From IMG/VR virus record IMGVR_UViG_3300014059_000003: a stretch of 36,008 nt of DNA; one strand, written 5' to 3'. This stretch comes from a virus. The first letter of the stretch is position 1; every line of letters begins with the position of its first letter. Under the pieces are notes generated by a model that was given only the letters and a program-made list of their open reading frames with translations, ran no database searches and was not told where the DNA came from. Shown here piece by piece: positions 31,975 through 36,008 of the stretch. Position numbers and translations under genes: made by a program.

Positions 31975-32238
31975 TTATGTCAGTGCACGATATCCGAGCG
32001 GATAGCCATGCGTATCCAAAACAACTAGCTTAGAGGTTGTAAGATCTTCTGAGGAATACCAGATCTTTCCTTGTGATTCAGCCGTAACATACAAGCGCCC
32101 CATTAGGTAATGCACTTCATGAATCTTAACGCGTTCCTTAATTTTATAAAGATTCGCCCCATAATCAAATATGAATTTAGGCGTAGCTGCTGCAACACCT
32201 GTTAGGCCCATGAGTTTCAGGAAGTCGCGTCTATTCAT
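31975..32238 (-). CDS. Small protein with twin-arginine (Tat) signal peptide
   Basis: 87 aa. In MNRRDFLKLMGLTGVAAATP, RRDFLK matches the (S/T)RRxFLK Tat consensus and is followed by an h-region. Confidence 0.65.
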   Translation of the reverse strand: MNRRDFLKLMGLTGVAAATPKFIFDYGANLYKIKERVKIHEVHYLMGRLYVTAESQGKIWYSSEDLTTSKLVVLDTHGYPLGYRALT

Positions 32239-32256
32239 TTGGATAGTGATTTCTTT

Positions 32257-32352
32257 CTAAACAGCCCTTGCAAATCCTGTGCAATTAGACATTTGCATAG
32301 TAAGGCTGATAATATCTGCCTGCTGTTTAACGCTTAAATCCTCACTCTTCAT
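32257..32352 (-). CDS. Possible 31-aa ORF whose SD and first codons duplicate those of the upstream gene
   Basis: My own translation is MKSEDLSVKQQADIISLTMQMSNCTGFARAV. AGGTGAAGC-ATG-AAG-AGT-GA is identical to the initiation region of ORF 32342..32566. Confidence 0.35.
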   Translation of the reverse strand: MKSEDLSVKQQADIISLTMQMSNCTGFARAV

Positions 32353-32361
32353 GCTTCACCT
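32342..32361. repeat. 20-nt exact direct repeat, copy 1 (copy 2 at 32556..32575)
   Basis: tcactcttcatgcttcacct occurs at both positions. On the minus strand it reads AGGTGAAGCATGAAGAGTGA (SD, ATG and 8 further nt). Confidence 0.9.
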
Positions 32362-32566
32362 TTGAACGATTGGTATTTTCATAGTTCCAACGTGCTTTAT
32401 CGGCGATCATTCTGTGCTGTTCTAGCGTTAATATCTCAATAGCTTCGCATCTTTTACAAACAAATCTTAACCTATGCTCGTCCCAGTTTGGGCTTTGATT
32501 GCATCGAATACAAGGTACTAATCCGTGATGTGTTAAGCCGTAATATGTACGATCTTCACTCTTCAT
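32342..32566 (-). CDS. Zinc-ribbon protein
   Basis: 74 aa containing CIRC...CKRC. It has an ATGA overlap with the upstream gene. Confidence 0.6.
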   Translation of the reverse strand: MKSEDRTYYGLTHHGLVPCIRCNQSPNWDEHRLRFVCKRCEAIEILTLEQHRMIADKARWNYENTNRSKVKHEE

Positions 32567-32575
32567 GCTTCACCT
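32556..32575. repeat. 20-nt exact direct repeat, copy 2
   Basis: Identical to 32342..32361. It spans the stop of ORF 32563..32961 and the start of ORF 32342..32566. Confidence 0.9.
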
Positions 32576-32961
32576 AATGAATCAATATCTTCGCTAGGAT
32601 CTTGGCAGTATTTCTTTTCTAGCTCTCGAAGCTTTTTAAATGCTAGCCCCAGACTTTCAATATCAGGATAATTAGAATATCCGTACTCTTGAGGATCCTT
32701 GTTGTATCCAAAATAGATATGTCTAACTCCATCGTGATATGCAGTTCCGTGAAGGACTTGATCAAAGACTACTTCTCCCTCCTTATCTGCCGCCACCCAT
32801 CTAGTAACAACAAAATCAAAACCACCACCCTTGTATTCCCTGGGATCATAGAAGAAATTAAAATTACCAACCTTTTCTTGATGATGAAAATCTAGTGGGC
32901 ACTTATTCCAGTCGTTAGTCATTTCTGGCAATGTGTAATAGGTTTCAAATGGATCCATCAC
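32563..32961 (-). CDS. Hypothetical protein
   Basis: 132-aa ORF, aromatic-rich, with a 4-nt overlap to its neighbours. Confidence 0.6.
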   Translation of the reverse strand: MMDPFETYYTLPEMTNDWNKCPLDFHHQEKVGNFNFFYDPREYKGGGFDFVVTRWVAADKEGEVVFDQVLHGTAYHDGVRHIYFGYNKDPQEYGYSNYPDIESLGLAFKKLRELEKKYCQDPSEDIDSLGEA

Positions 32962-33152
32962 TCAACCCCCTCCGCCTTAAGCATCTCCCTGGCTTTTTCT
33001 TCGCCGAGGATGTGCGCTAATAATACCGATAAAATTAAATGCTGAGATTCTAACTCTACCACTTGGGGATCTTGATTTTCTAATGCTTCTAGCTTGCTAA
33101 TGCAGTCATGTGCATACGTAGCTATCAGTTTACAAATCTCTTCTTGCGTCAT
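32958..33152 (-). CDS. Hypothetical acidic protein
   Basis: 64-aa ORF with 4-nt overlaps at both ends. Confidence 0.55.
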   Translation of the reverse strand: MTQEEICKLIATYAHDCISKLEALENQDPQVVELESQHLILSVLLAHILGEEKAREMLKAEGVE

Positions 33153-33409
33153 TTGATTAGCCCGTTAATTAATCCGTTGTACTTTTCTAGTATTGCTCTG
33201 TTCCCCTCAAAAAAGTGAAGTTCATAAGCGGCATCAGAATCTAGGTAAGCTTGAAAAGCTAGCGCCTCATCATATAACTCCTTAACGGCAGTTTTTAGAG
33301 CATTTATCATAGCTATCGCTGCCGTGTGAGGTGATTCATATTTACAAGCCTCGTTCCAAGCTTCGCATATTTCCCTATAGTCCACTTGTTTCTTTTCTTC
33401 TTCCGTCAT
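33149..33409 (-). CDS. Hypothetical acidic helical protein
   Basis: 86-aa ORF on the operon strand. Confidence 0.55.
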   Translation of the reverse strand: MTEEEKKQVDYREICEAWNEACKYESPHTAAIAMINALKTAVKELYDEALAFQAYLDSDAAYELHFFEGNRAILEKYNGLINGLIK

Positions 33410-33456
33410 ATACTTAACCCTCGTTCGTATATCGTTAATAGTAGTAAAAGTTGCGG

Positions 33457-33487
33457 CCTGGCTAGCGAAAGTTAGTCAGGCTTTTTT
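33457..33487 (+). terminator. Hairpin plus T6, best formed on the + strand, inside a minus-strand operon
   Basis: CCTGGCTA-N8-TAGTCAGG (one G-U on the + RNA, C-A on the - RNA) followed by CTTTTTT. It lies in the 76-nt gap between two minus-strand genes. Confidence 0.4.
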
Positions 33488-33746
33488 ATCTCTCTGTGTA
33501 CTTTGCGAAATAACTCTCACGAACAAATGGGTGAATTTTTAATAGTTCGTCTACTTTGTTCTCTAAGACATTAACCTTTGCATGAAGCGTTGCGATCTCT
33601 AGATGGGGCTGGACGGTTGGTTGCTCAATAACTTCTTTTACAAATACCCATTCCCCTTTCATCGGAAATTCTCCAAGCGTGCTTTTAACGTCGCTGGAAA
33701 CTTCGTAGTTTTTGCCTTTCAAATAAAAGATCGGCTTATTTATCAT
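33486..33746 (-). CDS. Hypothetical protein
   Basis: 86-aa ORF with a 4-nt overlap to the upstream gene. It contains the 20-nt segment related to 30228..30248. Confidence 0.55.
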   Translation of the reverse strand: MINKPIFYLKGKNYEVSSDVKSTLGEFPMKGEWVFVKEVIEQPTVQPHLEIATLHAKVNVLENKVDELLKIHPFVRESYFAKYTER

Positions 33747-33955
33747 TGTTGTACTCCTAATGTTTTTGCTTCATGCTGACCGCACCAACCGTTAGTTTGA
33801 ACTGGTGTGAAAGCACTCATAATATTTAATCCTTGCGCTGTATTTACCGGGATTGCTGCCGGGGGGTTGAGGTGACAAGTGCCCTTGTCTATCTCTAAAC
33901 TTGTAGGCTTGAAATATCTGCAATTAGCACAACACTCTTTATTTTCTTGACTCAT
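33743..33955 (-). CDS. Cys-rich small protein (CCxxC...WCGQHEAK type); paralogue of 2351..2581
   Basis: 70 aa with CCANCRYF, GTCHLNPP and GWCGQHEAK. The motif order is the same as in ORF 2351..2581. Confidence 0.65.
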   Translation of the reverse strand: MSQENKECCANCRYFKPTSLEIDKGTCHLNPPAAIPVNTAQGLNIMSAFTPVQTNGWCGQHEAKTLGVQQ

Positions 33956-33957
33956 AT

Positions 33958-34110
33958 TTATCTTCGATAACTAAAAGCTACTATTAAAATCGTTAATGCA
34001 ATTGCTAGCGCTATAATCGTAGGCGCAAAGACAAGCCACCAAGACCAAGTGATCACGCCACACAATTTTAGTACTACAAATATTAATGTTAGAACTTCTG
34101 TAAATCCCAT
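33958..34110 (-). CDS. Small two-TM membrane protein (LKL.G.I.WSWW type)
   Basis: The ATG at 34110 lies 8 nt after the upstream stop; the track GTG start at 34161 is deep inside the upstream gene. VLKLCGVITWSWWLVFAP is a motif common in small phage membrane proteins (from memory). Confidence 0.6.
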   Translation of the reverse strand: MGFTEVLTLIFVVLKLCGVITWSWWLVFAPTIIALAIALTILIVAFSYRR

Positions 34111-34118
34111 ATCACCTG

Positions 34119-34346
34119 TTATATTTCCTTTGCGTTTAATACAGCAATTATCTTGAACCACGGAAAATCTAAAACTAAATTATCATAGCCTTTCTCAACT
34201 ATTGGTTCATAAGCGATCCGCTCTACTGGTCGCAATTCGCCACAGAGAGCATCAAAAGCCTTGTAATCAAGCATAAAACAAACGGTATAAGCCTTGGGGC
34301 CTCTTATGCTCTGGGCAAGCTGAAAGAGTTTTTCTTTCTGGCTCAC
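34119..34346 (-). CDS. Hypothetical protein
   Basis: 75-aa ORF with a 4-nt overlap with the HTH gene. Confidence 0.55.
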   Translation of the reverse strand: MSQKEKLFQLAQSIRGPKAYTVCFMLDYKAFDALCGELRPVERIAYEPIVEKGYDNLVLDFPWFKIIAVLNAKEI

Positions 34347-34537
34347 TTAATCCTCTTATAAGTAAATTCACGTTTGAGTTTTAGCGCCTTAAGCATTTTA
34401 GGCCCTGGCTTGTTTCTGCCTATTATAACGTCGGATAAATACGATTCAGATATTCCTAGCTTCTTAGCCAACGCCCTAGATGTGCCGGCCTTAGTTATAG
34501 CGGCTTTAAGGTAAATTATAAATTCTTGTGGTGTCAT
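34343..34537 (-). CDS. Cro/XRE-type helix-turn-helix regulator
   Basis: 64 aa. TSRALAKKLGISESYLSDVIIGRNKP is a classical HTH_XRE pattern. It is the first gene of the leftward early block, divergent from the rightward block. Confidence 0.75.
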   Translation of the reverse strand: MTPQEFIIYLKAAITKAGTSRALAKKLGISESYLSDVIIGRNKPGPKMLKALKLKREFTYKRIK

Positions 34538-34569
34538 AAAAATAATTCGTGAAAAAGCGTAAATTGTCC

Positions 34570-34612
34570 TTGCGTCTAATACGTAAATACCCTAATGTTC
34601 GTATCAAGTCAA
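34570..34612. promoter_or_regulatory. Candidate overlapping divergent early promoters with operator-like repeats
   Basis: Rightward: TTGCGT (34570..34575)-17-TAATGT (34593..34598). Leftward: TTGACT (34612..34607)-17-TATTTA (34589..34584). CGTAAAT is repeated at 34558 and 34582. There is an imperfect inverted repeat, TTGCGT-N5-ACGTAA. Confidence 0.3.
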
Positions 34613-34637
34613 CAATGACTTTGTTTGGAGACGATAT

Positions 34638-34838
34638 ATGAACACTAAAATAGAAACAGACAGCTATGGCAATACAACTGTAATTGCTAATTCACTAACA
34701 GCAGCTAAAAAAGCACTGCGAGAAAACGGGTTGGGATACAACGATAGAAAAGACTCAGTAATAGGCGGTCTAGTTTACCGCTCTAGCCGATTAGGTGGAA
34801 AAGATAATCGTAATATAAAGATTTGGATACGAAAATAA
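34638..34838 (+). CDS. Hypothetical basic protein, first gene of the rightward early block
   Basis: 66 aa with GGAG 7 nt upstream. The C-terminus is basic (RSSRLGGKDNRNIKIWIRK). An intrinsic terminator follows. Confidence 0.6.
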   Translation: MNTKIETDSYGNTTVIANSLTAAKKALRENGLGYNDRKDSVIGGLVYRSSRLGGKDNRNIKIWIRK

Positions 34839-34856
34839 CCAGAACCCAAACACGTT

Positions 34857-34894
34857 AGCCGCCCGCCGAAAGGTAGCGTTAAGGCGGTTTTTTT
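34857..34894 (+). terminator. Intrinsic terminator between the first early gene and the recT-like gene
   Basis: AGCCGCC (34857..34863) pairs with GGCGGTT (34883..34889), followed by a T7 run (34888..34894). The AAGGAG SD of the next gene follows. Confidence 0.55.
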
Positions 34895-34904
34895 AAGGAG
34901 ATTT

Positions 34905-35798
34905 ATGAAAGAGAATTTACCAGCAACAAAAGAAATAGTAGGACCAGCAACAATTGAAAGTTACGCTGAGAACCTAAGCGAAAAACTATCGTTTGCTAGC
35001 ATCCTGATTAAATCCGGGATGCTGCCCCAAGCTTACAAAACACCGGAAGCAGTATTAACCGCAATTCTATACGGTAAAGAGCTAGGTTTTTCACCTATCA
35101 GAGCAGTCAATTCGATTGATGTGATTCAAGGTAAGCCCACGCTGCAAGCGCAAGCATTAAAGGCTCTTGCTATTCAACACGGCGGCAAAATTGAAACTAT
35201 CGAATGGACAGATAAAAAGTGCTCTCTTCGTGGCGTTCGTGGTGACTGGAAAGAAGAGGTTACTTTCACTTGGGAAGATGCAGCACTTCAAGAGTTAACA
35301 TCAAAACCCAATTGGAAGAAACTTCCTAAGGCCATGTTGTACGCTCGGTGCGTCTCGATATTAGTTCGCAATATGTGGGCTGATGTATTGGGAGGACTTT
35401 ATTCTACTGAAGAAATTAAGGATTCTGCACCAATAGACGTAACGCCAACGAAAAAAACATATAGAGCAATGTCCGACAGTGACAATGCCGAATTAGGACC
35501 GGAAATAAACGATGAAATGCCGGATTGGGATAAAAAGCCTAAGAAAGTAGCAGCACCGAAAGTTAGTAATGGCGAACTATTAGCAATGCAGAACGCATGT
35601 GACGGCGAGGATATTTTATATATTAGCAATCATAAAATCACATCGTCCCCAACGCATAACGGAAAGACAGTGAAAGAACTATTCGAGGAGCACCCTGAAT
35701 GGTGCCAGAAAGCATTAGGGCCATCACGTGGCAAGCTAAACGAAATAGATGCTCTTGCGATGGAAGCTTACAACGAACTTTACCCAATAGAATTATAG
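34905..35798 (+). CDS. RecT/Redbeta-superfamily single-strand annealing protein (putative)
   Basis: 297 aa. GKELGFSPIRAVNSIDVIQGKPTL and NWKKLPKAMLYARCVSILVRNMWADVLGGLYSTEE parallel Redbeta/RecT segments (QYGLNPW..IY and W..HPKRMLRHKAMIQCARLAF..G.YD.DE). Confidence 0.55.
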   Translation: MKENLPATKEIVGPATIESYAENLSEKLSFASILIKSGMLPQAYKTPEAVLTAILYGKELGFSPIRAVNSIDVIQGKPTLQAQALKALAIQHGGKIETIEWTDKKCSLRGVRGDWKEEVTFTWEDAALQELTSKPNWKKLPKAMLYARCVSILVRNMWADVLGGLYSTEEIKDSAPIDVTPTKKTYRAMSDSDNAELGPEINDEMPDWDKKPKKVAAPKVSNGELLAMQNACDGEDILYISNHKITSSPTHNGKTVKELFEEHPEWCQKALGPSRGKLNEIDALAMEAYNELYPIEL

Positions 35799-35805
35799 GA
35801 GATAT

Positions 35806-35973
35806 ATGAACGAATACGAATGCTTTTTCTGCGAACAAAAGCGAAAGCCGGATATTAACGGTTTAAATGTCGCCTATGGTTTCTATTGTTGTGACGATTG
35901 CAAAATACAACTGGACCTAGAACAAGATGAGGTCTTAGCTAACATGGAAAATGTGGAGCAGGTTAGACAGTGA
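35806..35973 (+). CDS. Small zinc-ribbon protein (55 aa), below the ORF-track cutoff
   Basis: My own translation is MNEYECFFCEQKRKPDINGLNVAYGFYCCDDCKIQLDLEQDEVLANMENVEQVRQ. It contains CFFC...CCDDC. Its 3' end lies in the terminal repeat, and its stop overlaps the GTG start (GTGA) of the gene that appears as 44..664. Confidence 0.55.
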   Translation: MNEYECFFCEQKRKPDINGLNVAYGFYCCDDCKIQLDLEQDEVLANMENVEQVRQ

Positions 35974-36008
35974 AATATCCAAAAGTTACAACTAAGAAAC
36001 TAGAGGCC
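35927..36008. repeat. Terminal direct repeat, copy 2 (identical to 1..82)
   Basis: Exact 82-nt identity with the window start. Confidence 0.95.

Overview
The window is a complete tailed-phage genome. Its first 82 nt are identical to its last 82 nt, which gives a 35,926-bp circular or circularly permuted unit. About 70 tightly packed ORFs fall into four transcription blocks. (1) A rightward early block starts at 34638, wraps through the window ends and stops at 6479. It holds a RecT/Redbeta-like annealing protein, an Ala/Tyr/Asp-repeat protein, a winged-helix protein and roughly 25 tiny ORFs, many of them Cys4 zinc ribbons or membrane peptides. (2) A leftward late block runs from 29906 down to 6526. 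It encodes small and large terminase, a portal with a long coiled-coil tail, scaffold, major capsid, several large Gly/Ala-rich putative ejection proteins (one with an SLT lytic transglycosylase domain) and a non-canonical lysis-like cassette. (3) A leftward early block runs from 34537 down to 30857. It encodes a Cro-like HTH protein, a Tat-signal protein, a RusA-like resolvase and a 159-aa ORF in the position where lambdoid phages carry Q. (4) A small opposite-strand two-gene cassette (30494..30876) sits behind tandem palindromic operators and a GC-rich structured leader. I saw no integrase, CI-type repressor, DNA polymerase, primase, helicase, tRNA, CRISPR array or reverse transcriptase. The most unusual features are listed here. 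First, a near-pure (GCT)n microsatellite encodes 81 residues of an early protein. Second, the operator, structured-leader and cassette locus lies between the Q-position gene and the terminase operon. Third, Sec, lipoprotein and Tat signals are frequent, including inside the virion module. Fourth, exact 20-21-nt repeats mark terminators and a translation-initiation junction. Product calls rest on motifs I recognise by eye and on gene order; no database search was possible.
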